The notes: generated by a model from the sequence alone, not told the origin. DNA of 64,000 bases from a bacterium (GCA_963674595.2 CAXXFV010000008.1:288001-352000), one strand, 5' to 3'. Positions 1-13,499 are shown, numbered from the stretch's first letter. Numbers and translations are program-made.

Positions 1-801
1 CTGAAAATGGAAGGCATTTCCTATTGTGCCGGAGCAGAGTTGCCGATTGTTGTTGTTGATATTATGCGCGGCGGTCCCGGACTTGGAAATATTGCACCGG
101 AACAATCCGATTATAATCAAATGGTAAAAGGCGGCGGGCACGGTAATTATAAATTGATTGTCCTTGCACCAAATTGTGCACAGGAAATGTGTGATTTGAC
201 AATGCTGGCATTTGAACTGGCTGATAAATATAGAAACCCGGCTGTTATATTGGCGGACGGATTTATTGGTCAAATGATGGAACCTGTTGTTTTTCCTGAT
301 CCTGTTACAAAACTTGAGAAAAAAGAGTGGGCCATAAATGCCGAACCTGAGGATGCTGAAAAACTTGTCTGTTCCATTCAGCTTGAACCGGAAATATTGG
401 AACAGCACAATATAAAACTTCAACAAAAATATGATAAAGTAACACAGAATGAAATCCGTTATGAAGATTATATGGTTGACGATGCAGAAATTGTTATTGT
501 CGGCTATGGCGTTGTTTCGCGGATTATTCAGTCTTCTATTGATATGTTGCGTAAAAAGGGACTCAAAGTAGGAATGGTTCGTCCTATTTCCCTTTGGCCA
601 TTTCCTTCCGACCACCTTGCCGAAATAGCTGATAAAGCATCAAAATTTTTAGTTATTGAACTTTCCAATGGACAAATGGTAGATGACGTCAGATTGGCTG
701 TAAACGGCAAGCTTCCTGTTCATTTTTATAATCGTATGGGTGGAATTGTTCCAACACCTGAAGAACTGGCTGAGCAAATTGAAAAAATTGTAGAGGCGTG
801 A
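1..801 (+). CDS. 2-oxoacid:ferredoxin oxidoreductase alpha subunit (VorB/KorA-like), 5'-truncated by the window edge
   Basis: Frame open from base 1; motifs MRGGPGLGNIAPEQSDY, AFELADKYRNP, VRPISLWPFP, ELSNGQM. Confidence 0.9.
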   Translation: MKMEGISYCAGAELPIVVVDIMRGGPGLGNIAPEQSDYNQMVKGGGHGNYKLIVLAPNCAQEMCDLTMLAFELADKYRNPAVILADGFIGQMMEPVVFPDPVTKLEKKEWAINAEPEDAEKLVCSIQLEPEILEQHNIKLQQKYDKVTQNEIRYEDYMVDDAEIVIVGYGVVSRIIQSSIDMLRKKGLKVGMVRPISLWPFPSDHLAEIADKASKFLVIELSNGQMVDDVRLAVNGKLPVHFYNRMGGIVPTPEELAEQIEKIVEA

Positions 802-2228
802 TTATGGCAAAAGTTTTAAAAAAACCAAACAGCTTTTATGATACTTATGAACGAAAAGCCGGCGCCAAGGATGTTACTCATTATTGTCCGGGCTGCGGGC
901 ATGGAGTGCTTCATAAACTTATAGCCGAAGCGATAGATGAATTGGGGGCTGAAGGACGTACTATTTTTATCAGTCCGGTTGGATGCAGTGTTTTTGCCTA
1001 TTATTATTTTAAGGCGGGAAATATTCAGGTAGCTCACGGACGGGCGCCTGCTGCTGCAACAGGAATTAAACGAGTGCATCCCGATAGCCTGGTAATCAGT
1101 TACCAGGGTGACGGCGATTTAGCCGCTATTGGTGGTAATAACATTTTGCAGGCAGCAAACCGGGGAGAAAATATTACCGTCTTTTTTGTAAATAATGCAA
1201 TATATGGTATGACCGGCGGGCAGATGGCGCCGACAACACTTGTTGGGCAGAAAACAACCACCTCCCCGAGAGGCAGAAATATTTCCAATGAAGGTTTTCC
1301 GATGCGGATTTGTGAAATGATAGCTACCCTCGAAGCGCCTGTATATATTGAACGGGTCGCGTTAAGCGACGCCAAACACACGAATAAAGTAAAACGTGCG
1401 GTTCGCAAAGCATTGCGAAACCAGATAGAGAATAAGGGGTTTTCTTTGGTTGAGGTTTTGTCTGTTTGCCCTTCAGGATGGAAAATGACACCTGTCCAGG
1501 CAAAACAATGGCTGCAAGATTATATGGTGAAACAATTCCCGTTGGGTGTTTTTAAAGATGAAACTGAGAATATAGAAGCAGCCACAGCGAGCCCTAATCA
1601 TTTTGATGCTGACAATGTTTTTGAAAAATTAAACATTCCTGTTAAAGACGATAAAGTTTTTAAAAGCCCTTTACCGGAACAAAAATTTCAAAATCCACGT
1701 TTAATTATGGCCGGTTTTGGCGGTCAGGGAATTTTGATGCTTGGACTGGCAGTCGCCCAGGCTGGAATGTTGGCCGGCTATCACGTATCCTGGATTCCTT
1801 CCTACGGACCTGAAATGCGTGGCGGAACAGCAAATTGTCATGTGAATTTATCATCGGAACGGATTGGTTCTCCTCTTGTTTCAAAACCATCGGTACTCAT
1901 TGCCATGAACCAGCCCTCCCTGGAAAAATTTGAAAAAGAAGTAATGCCTGGCGGACTTTTAATTTATGATAGTTCTCTAATTAATCAAAAACCAACTCGG
2001 GACGATATTACCGTTTTAGCTATTCCGGCAACCGAAATAGCAGACAATCTTGGTAATACCCGTACGGCAAATATGGTTGTTTTTGGAGCTTATCTTGCTT
2101 ATACATCAATTTTAACCAAAGATGTTGCTGTTCAGGCCTTGCCTCAAATAATAAAGCGAAAAAATTTAATTGAACTGAATGAAACTGCCCTTGAACGCGG
2201 TATAGAATATATAAAGAACAAGTATTAG
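798..2228 (+). CDS. 2-oxoacid:ferredoxin oxidoreductase fused beta (TPP-binding) + gamma subunit
   Basis: YCPGCGHG, TPP motif GDGD...NNAIYGMTGGQ; C-terminal gamma domain AGFGGQG, PSYGPEMRGGTANC. Confidence 0.9.
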   Translation: MIMAKVLKKPNSFYDTYERKAGAKDVTHYCPGCGHGVLHKLIAEAIDELGAEGRTIFISPVGCSVFAYYYFKAGNIQVAHGRAPAAATGIKRVHPDSLVISYQGDGDLAAIGGNNILQAANRGENITVFFVNNAIYGMTGGQMAPTTLVGQKTTTSPRGRNISNEGFPMRICEMIATLEAPVYIERVALSDAKHTNKVKRAVRKALRNQIENKGFSLVEVLSVCPSGWKMTPVQAKQWLQDYMVKQFPLGVFKDETENIEAATASPNHFDADNVFEKLNIPVKDDKVFKSPLPEQKFQNPRLIMAGFGGQGILMLGLAVAQAGMLAGYHVSWIPSYGPEMRGGTANCHVNLSSERIGSPLVSKPSVLIAMNQPSLEKFEKEVMPGGLLIYDSSLINQKPTRDDITVLAIPATEIADNLGNTRTANMVVFGAYLAYTSILTKDVAVQALPQIIKRKNLIELNETALERGIEYIKNKY

Positions 2229-2289
2229 AATAATCGTAGCATTTTATGTTTTTTCTTATTAAATTACTAGCCTAAAATAACGATTGTAT

Positions 2290-2320
2290 CCCCGTCAATT
2301 GTTAAGCTGACGGGGTTTTT
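2290..2320 (+). terminator. Putative intrinsic terminator
   Basis: CCCCGTCA...TGACGGGG stem followed by TTTTT. Confidence 0.65.
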
Positions 2321-2341
2321 AATTATTATAAAGTTGTTAAA

Positions 2342-4945
2342 TTGGATCAGACAGAAGAAAAAAACTCCTTTAGAGATACAATTTTTAATATTTTACCTTT
2401 TGTTAGTAAACCGGGAAGGTATATTGGCAATGAAGTCAATATGATTCGTAAGGATTTGTCCGCCATAGATACCCGAATGGCGTTGGCATTTCCTGATGTT
2501 TATGAAATCGGTATGTCATATATGGGTTTTCCGATTTTATATAATATATTGAATAAATTGCCGGGTGTTTATGTGGAACGTGCTTTTGCTCCCTGGGTGG
2601 ATATGGAGGCAAAAATGCGTAACAAAAATATTCCTCTTTTTTCGTTAGAGACATTTACACCTTTAAAAGATTTTGATGTACTGGGATTTACAATACAATA
2701 TGAAATGCATTTTACCAGTATACTCAATTTGCTTGATTTGTCTCATATTGAATTAGAGTCAAAAAAGAGGACAACTTTTCCGCTCGTAATCGGCGGCGGA
2801 CCGTCTGCATTTAATACTGAACCTGTTGCGGATTTTTTTGATGCCATTATAATTGGGGATGGAGAGCAAGTCTCTCAGGAAATTATATTACTTGTACAGG
2901 AAAGTAAAAAGAAAAACATTCCTCGTCAGAAGGTCCTGGAAAAAATGGCCGGTTTGGAAGGAGTATATATCCCGCAGTTTTACAAAGCGGTATATTCTGT
3001 GAACGGGAATTTTGAAAAAATTGAAACAACTCATCCAAAAGCACCGGAATCAATTAACGCCAGGATTATGGATGAATTGGCTTTAGAGAATTACCCGGAT
3101 AAACCTCTTGTGCCGAATATTCAAACCACACATGACAGAGTGTCTTTGGAAATTGCCAGAGGATGTTCGCAGGGATGCCGTTTTTGTAATGCCGGTTTTA
3201 TATACCGACCCGTTCGGGAACGCTCTCCGAATGATTTGGTTCAGCAAGCCAGGGAAAATATAGCCGCAACAGGATATGATGAAATTTCCCTTGTTTCATT
3301 ATCAACTTCGGACTATTCTAATCTGTTTGAATTGTTAAAGGGATTAAAAGATAATCTCGATGGCAAGATGGTAAATCTGTCGTTTCCGTCACTAAGGCCA
3401 CAAAGTTTTACTCCTGAGGTTGCAGCTTTTGCAAAAGGAGTTCGTAAATCCGGTCTTACCTTTGCCCCGGAAGCAGGTACAGATCGGTTACGACAAATAA
3501 TTAATAAAGACACAACAGCAGAAGATCTGCTGGGCGCAATTGATTTGGCATTTCGAGAGGGATGGAACCTTGTCAAATTATATTTTATGATTGGGCAGCC
3601 ATTTGAAACCGATGAAGATTTATACGGCATCGTAAATTTGACGGACCAGGCTGCTGAATTGGCGCGACTTTATAAAGGGAAAAGGATAAATATTTCTGTT
3701 TCGCCGTTTGTACCAAAATCATTTACTCCATTTCAGTGGAGTACCCAGGACCCGATGGAGGAAACGAGGCGAAAAATAGATTTTATTCAATCCAAAGTAC
3801 GGCGGAAAAATGTTAAGATAAGTTGGCGGTTTGCTGACCTGGCAGTTGTGGAAGGCGTTTTAGCTCGTGGAGACCGCCGTCTTGCAGCCGTTTTAAAACG
3901 GGCCTGGGAATTGGGTTCTCGGCTTGATGGGTGGACCGAGTTATATAGTTTTGACAGATGGACCCAGGCTTTGGATGAATGTGGTTTTCAAGCAGACCAA
4001 TTTACAAATGGTTTCTCTATGGATGCCGCTTTGCCCTGGGACCACATTCATAAAGGCGTGAAAAAGAAATTTTTAGTAAATGAATTTAAAAATGCTGAAA
4101 AGTCAATAACTACATTAGATTGCCGGGAATCTGAATGTAATGGTTGTGGTTTGATGCAACATAAAGCCTGTCAGGATATCATAAATAAAAATACTGATAA
4201 ATCAAAAATATCCGTTGCAGCAACACCTGAAACCGAAAAAATAGAACGAAAAGAAAATCTCGACACTGACAGTCCGGTTCGGATTGCTCGAATCAAGTAT
4301 TCATGTAGTGAACAGATTCGGTTTCTGTCACATCTTGACATGACAAGATTGTTTGAACGAGCTCTCAGACGTGCCCAAATACCATTGGTATATACGGAAG
4401 GTTACAATCCTCATCCAAAAGTATCATACGGTCCGGCTTTAGCCACGGGCTATTTAAGTGAAGCAGAGTACTTTGATATTTATTATTATAATGAAAAAAA
4501 TACAGATCTGTTTCAGCGACTGTCGGAACAATTACCGGAAGGCGTTAAAATTTTACAGATTAAAACCCTTTTTGGTAAACCAAAAGCATTAACATCTATT
4601 GTTAATCGAATTGATTATCGAATTTTGTTTCAACAAAAAATTGAAAATGGATTTTTACAAGAAAAAATCCATGAAATAATTAACAAAGAGAATATTTTCG
4701 TTGAGCGAAAAACAAAAAGTAATAAGGTACGTAAAGTAAATATACGGCCGTATATTTCAGAAATGAAACCCATTGATGATGGGTTCTGTCTTATTACAGA
4801 AATAATTGAAGGAAAGACTGTCCGCATTGACGAGTTGTTGTCACTATTTTATGCGGATGAAGAAATAACTAAAACAGCCCATGTAACGCGTACGGGGGTC
4901 TATGTCCAGTATGGAGATATGATCAATACGCCAATGGATTTTTAG
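2342..4945 (+). CDS. TIGR03960-type B12-binding radical SAM protein fused to a TIGR03936-type radical SAM-linked domain
   Basis: FPDVYEIGMS, CxxxCxxC (CSQGCRFC), APEAGTDRLR; C-terminal RFLSHLD...YTEGYNPHPK domain; sits upstream of rng-rplU-rpmA. Confidence 0.88.
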   Translation: MDQTEEKNSFRDTIFNILPFVSKPGRYIGNEVNMIRKDLSAIDTRMALAFPDVYEIGMSYMGFPILYNILNKLPGVYVERAFAPWVDMEAKMRNKNIPLFSLETFTPLKDFDVLGFTIQYEMHFTSILNLLDLSHIELESKKRTTFPLVIGGGPSAFNTEPVADFFDAIIIGDGEQVSQEIILLVQESKKKNIPRQKVLEKMAGLEGVYIPQFYKAVYSVNGNFEKIETTHPKAPESINARIMDELALENYPDKPLVPNIQTTHDRVSLEIARGCSQGCRFCNAGFIYRPVRERSPNDLVQQARENIAATGYDEISLVSLSTSDYSNLFELLKGLKDNLDGKMVNLSFPSLRPQSFTPEVAAFAKGVRKSGLTFAPEAGTDRLRQIINKDTTAEDLLGAIDLAFREGWNLVKLYFMIGQPFETDEDLYGIVNLTDQAAELARLYKGKRINISVSPFVPKSFTPFQWSTQDPMEETRRKIDFIQSKVRRKNVKISWRFADLAVVEGVLARGDRRLAAVLKRAWELGSRLDGWTELYSFDRWTQALDECGFQADQFTNGFSMDAALPWDHIHKGVKKKFLVNEFKNAEKSITTLDCRESECNGCGLMQHKACQDIINKNTDKSKISVAATPETEKIERKENLDTDSPVRIARIKYSCSEQIRFLSHLDMTRLFERALRRAQIPLVYTEGYNPHPKVSYGPALATGYLSEAEYFDIYYYNEKNTDLFQRLSEQLPEGVKILQIKTLFGKPKALTSIVNRIDYRILFQQKIENGFLQEKIHEIINKENIFVERKTKSNKVRKVNIRPYISEMKPIDDGFCLITEIIEGKTVRIDELLSLFYADEEITKTAHVTRTGVYVQYGDMINTPMDF

Positions 4946-5009
4946 TTAATCTTTCAATTCTACCTTACTTTTTATTCACTCAACAGCAATTAAAAGAATT
5001 TGAGGTATA

Positions 5010-6530
5010 ATGAAAAAGGATATTATTATTAATGTTTCTATTGGTGAAACACGTATAGCTATTTTAGAAAATGATGAGTTGGCAGAGCTTTATTTTGAAC
5101 TGCCTGAAAATGAAAGAATGGTTGGGGATATTTATTTTGGCAGGGTTGCCAAAGTCATAAAGGGGATTCAAGCCGCTTTTGTGGATATCGGAATGAAACA
5201 GGATGCGTTTTTGCATTTTTCAGATATTGGCAACAGTTTACCATTAATGGAAAACAATCCTGTACCCCGCAGAGGAAATCAGAGAAGACGAAAGGGGTTT
5301 GTTGACCTGCCGATAAAAAAAGGTCAGCCTATTTTAGTACAAATTACTAAAGAACCGATAGCTAACAAGGGTGCACGAATTACATCCAATATTTCCCTGC
5401 CTGGCCGGTTTCTCGTTTTAATTCCAAACGAAACAATGGTGGGGGTTTCCCGGAAAATTAACAACCGACAGGAAAAGTTTCGGTTAAAAAAGTTAGCTCG
5501 CCGCATACGTCCTGAGGGATATGGAATGGTTGTGCGAACTGTTTCCGAAGGAAAGGATGAGGAATCTCTCAAATCAGATATGGACAATCTGGTCCGAACC
5601 TGGAACAAGATTAAAAAAAGTGTTTCCAAAGGCAATCCTCCCATGTTGTTGCATAAAGATATGGGCATGTTGTCAAGCGTTATTCGTGATCTGTTTACAT
5701 CGGATGTTACAAGCCTGGTTGTCGATTCCAAAAAGATGTACAAACAAATTCTTAAATATCTTAAAGATGTTTCGCCGCAGCTTATGGAAAATGTTCAATT
5801 ATATCAGAAAAAAGAACCAATTTTTGATGAATTTGGCATTGAAACACAGTTAATTAAAAGTCTGTCCCGTAAAGTCTGGTTGAAAAAGGGAGGGTATATT
5901 TTTATCGACCATACGGAGGCATTGACCGCCATAGATGTTAACAGCGGTCGGTTTGCCGGTTCGGACAATCATGATATGAACAGCTTAAAGACCAATCTGG
6001 AAGCTGGAAGAGAAATTGCCAAGCAGCTTCGTTTAAGAGATATCGGCGGTATTATTATTATCGATTTTATAGACATGGTTGAAGAGGCTAATAAGAAAAA
6101 ACTCTATGATTCGTTCCTGAAAGAGCTGCGTAAAGACCGTGCACAGGTCAATATTACCCAGCTTTCCGAGTTTGGTATTATTGAAATGACAAGAGAACGT
6201 GTACGTCCTGCTTTGTTGTTCTCTATCAGTGAACCTTGTCTTGCCTGCATGGGAACCGGACGAATCATGAATAAAACAACAATGGTTTCCAGAATTGAAA
6301 GATGGATCAAACGTTATCGAACAGAAGGCGGAGACCGTAGTTTGCAGCTCATTGTTCACCCGGAGTTGGCTAAATTTTTGTCTGATGGGTATCGCAGTCC
6401 GTTACGAAGAATAAGCTGGAAATATTGGACACGGATTAAAGTAATAAAAGACGAAAATATAAGCATGGATGAGTTCCGATTTTTTGATAAAATGGGTGAA
6501 GATGACCTAACTTTGAAATTTATGGCTTGA
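5010..6530 (+). CDS. rng: Ribonuclease E/G family
   Basis: S1 domain (GIQAAFVDIG), AIDVNSG, LRDIGGIIIIDFIDM, CxxC (CLAC). Confidence 0.9.
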   Translation: MKKDIIINVSIGETRIAILENDELAELYFELPENERMVGDIYFGRVAKVIKGIQAAFVDIGMKQDAFLHFSDIGNSLPLMENNPVPRRGNQRRRKGFVDLPIKKGQPILVQITKEPIANKGARITSNISLPGRFLVLIPNETMVGVSRKINNRQEKFRLKKLARRIRPEGYGMVVRTVSEGKDEESLKSDMDNLVRTWNKIKKSVSKGNPPMLLHKDMGMLSSVIRDLFTSDVTSLVVDSKKMYKQILKYLKDVSPQLMENVQLYQKKEPIFDEFGIETQLIKSLSRKVWLKKGGYIFIDHTEALTAIDVNSGRFAGSDNHDMNSLKTNLEAGREIAKQLRLRDIGGIIIIDFIDMVEEANKKKLYDSFLKELRKDRAQVNITQLSEFGIIEMTRERVRPALLFSISEPCLACMGTGRIMNKTTMVSRIERWIKRYRTEGGDRSLQLIVHPELAKFLSDGYRSPLRRISWKYWTRIKVIKDENISMDEFRFFDKMGEDDLTLKFMA

Positions 6531-6612
6531 CTCTTAAATATTATTTTTTTAAATTTATAAGCTTTGTAAATGATAAAATTGTAGTTTTTATATAAAATGG
6601 AGAAGACGGCTC

Positions 6613-6924
6613 ATGTATGCCATAGTTGACATCGCTGGTGAGCAGATAAAGCTTGAAAAAAATCAAAAAGTAGTCACTGCACGTCTGGATGGCGATGTGG
6701 GTTCCAAAGTAGAATTTGAAAAAGTACTTTTTATTTCCAATGATGACGATGTTAAAGTTGGAACACCCTATGTAGAAGGTGCTAAAGTTCAGGCAACTAT
6801 TTTAGAACATGAAAAATCAGACAAGACGATTGTCTTTAAGAAAAAACGTCGTAAAACTTATAGAGTTTTGAATGGGCATCGTCAACCGTTAACCCGTATT
6901 CAGATTGATGGAATCAGCGCTTAA
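6613..6924 (+). CDS. rplU: 50S ribosomal protein L21
   Basis: MYAIV...GTPYVEGAKV...FKKKRRK...GHRQ. Confidence 0.97.
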   Translation: MYAIVDIAGEQIKLEKNQKVVTARLDGDVGSKVEFEKVLFISNDDDVKVGTPYVEGAKVQATILEHEKSDKTIVFKKKRRKTYRVLNGHRQPLTRIQIDGISA

Positions 6925-6957
6925 TATATTTGCGTTTTAGTAATAGGAGACGTTGTA

Positions 6958-7212
6958 ATGGCTCATAAGAAAGGTGTTGGAAGTTCCAGAAATGGACGCG
7001 ACAGTAATCCTAAAATGCTTGGAGTTAAACGATTTGATGGACAATTCGTAACTGCCGGCAGTATACTCGTACGTCAACGCGGAACGAAAATTCATCCGGG
7101 ACAAAATACCGGTCTCGGTAATGATGATACAATTTTTGCAAAAACAGACGGACATGTCAAGTTTGAAACTCGCGGCAAAGCGAAAAAGTTTGTAAACGTT
7201 CTTCCGTCCTAG
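6958..7212 (+). CDS. rpmA: 50S ribosomal protein L27
   Basis: [16 protein letters not shown]...RQRGTK; RBS AGGAG. Confidence 0.98.
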   Translation: MAHKKGVGSSRNGRDSNPKMLGVKRFDGQFVTAGSILVRQRGTKIHPGQNTGLGNDDTIFAKTDGHVKFETRGKAKKFVNVLPS

Positions 7213-7230
7213 TATTTGCAGCTAAATTTT

Positions 7231-7268
7231 AAAAGCGCGGTTATTTTTAATAATCGCGCTTTTTTTTT
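7231..7268 (+). terminator. Intrinsic terminator after rpmA
   Basis: AAAAGCGCGGTTATT / AATAATCGCGCTTTT stem plus long T tract. Confidence 0.85.
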
Positions 7269-7328
7269 GTATGTTAAAAAATGAGTGATCTACTTTACAA
7301 AAATTATGCCACTGTAGTTAAAATTGAC

Positions 7329-7357
7329 TTGACTCTTTTTTACCTATGTTTTATATT
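7329..7357 (+). promoter_or_regulatory. Putative sigma70 promoter of the gatC-pyrG-kdsA operon
   Basis: TTGACT (7329-7334) - 17 nt - TATATT (7352-7357). Confidence 0.6.
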
Positions 7358-7392
7358 AGCGCAACGTTTATTTTAATTTAATGGAGACGTAT

Positions 7393-7680
7393 ATGTCTGT
7401 AACGATTGATCAGGTAGAAAAAATTGCATCTTTGGCTAAATTATCTTTTTCCAGTGAAGAAAAAGAAAAGTTTGTTACACAGTTTAATCAAATTTTAGAG
7501 TATATTGATAAATTAAACGAGTTGGATACAAAAGATATTGAACCGACTTATCATGTATTGGAATTGGAGAATGTTTTCCGTGAGGATAAAGTTGTGGAAA
7601 ACTTTGATCAGGAACGGGTTTTACAAAATGCTCCCAAGAAAAATAACGGTTATTTTAGTGTACCTAAAGTAATTGGATAA
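7393..7680 (+). CDS. gatC: Asp/Glu-tRNA amidotransferase subunit C
   Basis: VEKIASLAKL...FREDKV...YFSVPKVI; GGAG before ATG 7393. Confidence 0.93.
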   Translation: MSVTIDQVEKIASLAKLSFSSEEKEKFVTQFNQILEYIDKLNELDTKDIEPTYHVLELENVFREDKVVENFDQERVLQNAPKKNNGYFSVPKVIG

Positions 7681-7687
7681 ATTTTAA

Positions 7688-10173
<2,486 letters not shown>

Positions 10174-10202
<29 letters not shown>

Positions 10203-11079
10203 AATTTTTCGTTTTTCAGACCTGGTTTTTGCGGTTTTGGTATTTACAATGATTTCCGTTAACATTGTTGATATTTCGGCCCAAACTGATAAAGTTATTG
10301 TCGCTGTTTCCGAGTTTACAGCCGGTTCTGAACAGATAGACGATGAAACCTTTGGCGAAAATATTGTTGAAATGCTTAAAACAGAGCTGTCCGGCTATGA
10401 TGATTTGATTGTTGTGGAACGCACAAAAATAGAGGCAATATATCAGGAACTTGCTCTCAGCCAAACCGGAATATTGAATGATAATAAAGCCCTGGAAGCC
10501 GGGAAATTGTTAGGAGCGGACTTTGTTATAACCGGTGAATTGAATTTTTCAAAAAATCGTTTTCGAATCGATTCACATATAGCCAATGTAAAATCCGGCC
10601 AGGTTGTGGGAGAGAAGGTGACCGGGCCAAATAAACAGGCTGTTGAAAAAATGGTCCAGGTATTGGCTAACAACATACACTTGAAATTAACGGATAATGG
10701 AAACTATATTTCCGCCCAAAAGGTAACCCATTATCCTTCAAAATGGTTTTTGGCTGCCGGAGCAGGCTCAACACTTGTAGCTGCTCTGTTTCATAACTCT
10801 TACAATGATAAATATGATGCTTATAAAAGTTCATCTTTATTAGGTGAGATCGAGCAAAATTATGATAAGGCCAATAAAGCCTATCGAATGAGAAATGTAT
10901 TCATCGGAACATCTGTAGCTTTGCTAGGAACAGGTATGATTTTGTGGTTTGCGGATAAAAGTCAGGGGAATACCATTCTGGCTGGAATTCCGGTTTCCGA
11001 CAGTGGTCGTTTGTTTGTTACGCCCTGTTATGCTTCGGAAACGAACACGATTGGTTTGAATTTGACGTTGCATTATTGA
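10174..11079 (+). CDS. CsgG/FlgO/TolB-N-like domain envelope protein
   Basis: VAVSEF...VVERTKIEAIYQELALSQTG...GKLLGADFVITG; signal peptide; hydrophobic C-terminal segments. Confidence 0.7.
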
Positions 11080-11843
11080 TGAAAAGTTTAAAATACATAT
11101 TGTTTTTTATTTGTGCTCTGTATATACACAGTTGCAATCTGGACCGAAGCAATCCGCTTGACCCAAAAAATGAAAACAGTCGGATTGAAAAGACGGTGTT
11201 GGTTGAGGCTTTTATTAATAGCAGTGTAGATGGCTATGTAACCTGGGCCAAAGAAGGATTGGAAAAATTAAATGAACATTTTAATTCATCAAATCTTTTA
11301 ATCCTGGAACATCATGTTGAGCGGACCCAGGGAACAGACCCTGATGCCTGTTCGGCAAGTTTATCGCGATATCTTGCATTCGTTCCGGATTCCGACCAGC
11401 AGGGCATTCCGGATGTTTTTATTGACGGTGTCGGACGCAGGGTTCAGGGCGCATCTGACTCTGAGACAGCTTTTCAACGTTACCTGCAACCGACTGAACA
11501 ACGCTTTTTAGGCACCGGACAATTTTATATCGAATGTCAGGCGTCTCTTAACAATTCAAAACTGGAACTTGACGGAAAACTGGCCTGTCTGGGAAAGCAA
11601 AGTGCCGAAAATATAGCGGTTTATGCTGTTGTTGTTGAAGAATTGTCCGCAAGCGCGGATTTGATTGTCAGAGATATTGTGCTTGTGCATTCAATAGATA
11701 AAATTGATGACGGTAATGTGGTTGATATTAATAAAAGTATTTCTTTTTTTTCTGAATGGGACGAATTGAAAACATCGTTGGTTGTTTTTGTTCAGAACCG
11801 AAATACTTTAGAAGTTTATCAAAGTACAAGATTATTTTTTTAG
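11076..11843 (+). CDS. Putative lipoprotein, Omp28-like (thioredoxin-like + Ig)
   Basis: Lipobox-like IHSC; VLVEAF, GIPDVFIDG, VVFVQN...EVYQS. Confidence 0.6.
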   Translation: MMKSLKYILFFICALYIHSCNLDRSNPLDPKNENSRIEKTVLVEAFINSSVDGYVTWAKEGLEKLNEHFNSSNLLILEHHVERTQGTDPDACSASLSRYLAFVPDSDQQGIPDVFIDGVGRRVQGASDSETAFQRYLQPTEQRFLGTGQFYIECQASLNNSKLELDGKLACLGKQSAENIAVYAVVVEELSASADLIVRDIVLVHSIDKIDDGNVVDINKSISFFSEWDELKTSLVVFVQNRNTLEVYQSTRLFF

Positions 11844-11844
11844 T

Positions 11845-12492
11845 ATGAAAAACGGCTATAAATATATATTTGTATTATATTTTATAATACTTTCCTGTGG
11901 TGTTGTGGAAAAATTGACAAACCGTGCTCCAATTATCACTTCTATTAGCGCCACGCCGGATTCTTTGTTGATCGGAGAAACCTCTGTTCTGGCAGTTGAA
12001 GCAACTGATCCTGACAATGATGAATTGTCATATCAATGGAACTGCAACCACGGTTTATTATCATCATCTCAAGGCTCAACAGTCCAATGGACTGCACCGC
12101 AATATGAAGGATCGTTTGTAGTTGAGGCAACGGTTAAAGATGTGAACGGTGAAAAAGTTAGCGATAACATTACGCTTATAGTTACATCGGAAAATGCACC
12201 TTCCATAAAAATATTATCACCAAAAAACGGTGAAGAAATTGTCGCTTTAAACAGTATTCCCATAACGGTCCAGGTTTCACCGGTCCAGTTTATAAACCGT
12301 GTGGAATTTTTTATAGACGATGTTCTGGTTGCAACTGATAAACAATCTCCTTTTCAATATGACTGGGTTCTAAGCGGGCTATCCGGTTTAAAAGAGCTCA
12401 AGTGTGCTGCCTATCGTTCGGGACAAGTTTCAGTTCCCGGTGTTGATTCAATTTTTGTACATTTATATGGAGTTGTAACTTTACCAAAATAG
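11845..12492 (+). CDS. Putative lipoprotein with PKD/Big Ig-like domains
   Basis: ILSC lipobox; NRAPII...ATDPDNDELSYQW; VEFFIDDVLVATD..PFQYDW. Confidence 0.7.
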   Translation: MKNGYKYIFVLYFIILSCGVVEKLTNRAPIITSISATPDSLLIGETSVLAVEATDPDNDELSYQWNCNHGLLSSSQGSTVQWTAPQYEGSFVVEATVKDVNGEKVSDNITLIVTSENAPSIKILSPKNGEEIVALNSIPITVQVSPVQFINRVEFFIDDVLVATDKQSPFQYDWVLSGLSGLKELKCAAYRSGQVSVPGVDSIFVHLYGVVTLPK

Positions 12493-12494
12493 AT

Positions 12495-13499
12495 ATGGAA
12501 AATAATAATAGAAAAAAAGATATATCCATTAATGATTCTTTAATTGTTGAAATTGCTCAAAAAGTCCTGAGTGTCGAGAGTTTGGCTGTTCAGGAACTGA
12601 TTGGAAGAATTGGGACTGAATTTATTAAAGCTGTTGATACTCTTTATGACTGTAAGGGCCGGGTTATTGTTACCGGTATCGGCAAATCAGGAATCATTGC
12701 AAAAAAAATTGCCGCCACGCTGGCAAGTACCGGTACGCCTGCGATTTTTTTACACCCTGTTGAAGCGGTCCATGGTGATTTGGGAATCGTACTTAAAAAT
12801 GATATTGTTATCTGTATTTCAAAAAGCGGAACAACAGATGAAATTACTCGCTTGTTTCCGGTGTTTATACAACTGGGAGTTAAGACAATTGCAATGACCG
12901 GTAATTTACGTTCTGCATTGGCAGACCGGTGTGATATTGTTCTGGACGTTAGTGTTAAAGAAGAAGCTTGTACAAACAATCTGGCACCAACTGCCAGCAC
13001 AACGGCTACTCTTGCTATGGGAGATGCTTTGGCTGTTGCATTATTAGAAAAACGCCAGTTTAATTCAAAGGATTTTGCTTTTTTACATCCTGCCGGTTCT
13101 TTGGGTAAAAAATTAACCCAAATCGATGAAATTATGTTTTCAGGTGATAAAGTGCCCCGCGTTTCATTGAACGCTTCGTTACAGGATGTTATTGTTGAAA
13201 TAACACGTAAACGATTTGGGAGCACCTGTGTTTTGGATGAAAACGGCATGCTGGCCGGTATTATAACCGATGGTGATATCCGGAGATTGTTTCAAACCCG
13301 AAAAGAATTTTCCAATATTATTGCCGGCGATATAATGAATGCAACTCCTAAAATTATTTATGCAGGTTCTTTTGCTTCTCAGGCCATGCAATTGATGCAA
13401 GAGTTTAATATTAATCAAATCATTGTTGTGGATACCGAACATTTCCCTAAGGGAATTATTCATATACATGATTTATTGGAAGCGGGTATAACCGTTTAA
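12495..13499 (+). CDS. kdsD: Arabinose-5-phosphate isomerase (KpsF/GutQ), SIS + CBS
   Basis: TGIGKSG, EAVHGDLG, APTASTTA, HPAGSLG, CBS pair. Confidence 0.93.
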   Translation: MENNNRKKDISINDSLIVEIAQKVLSVESLAVQELIGRIGTEFIKAVDTLYDCKGRVIVTGIGKSGIIAKKIAATLASTGTPAIFLHPVEAVHGDLGIVLKNDIVICISKSGTTDEITRLFPVFIQLGVKTIAMTGNLRSALADRCDIVLDVSVKEEACTNNLAPTASTTATLAMGDALAVALLEKRQFNSKDFAFLHPAGSLGKKLTQIDEIMFSGDKVPRVSLNASLQDVIVEITRKRFGSTCVLDENGMLAGIITDGDIRRLFQTRKEFSNIIAGDIMNATPKIIYAGSFASQAMQLMQEFNINQIIVVDTEHFPKGIIHIHDLLEAGITV

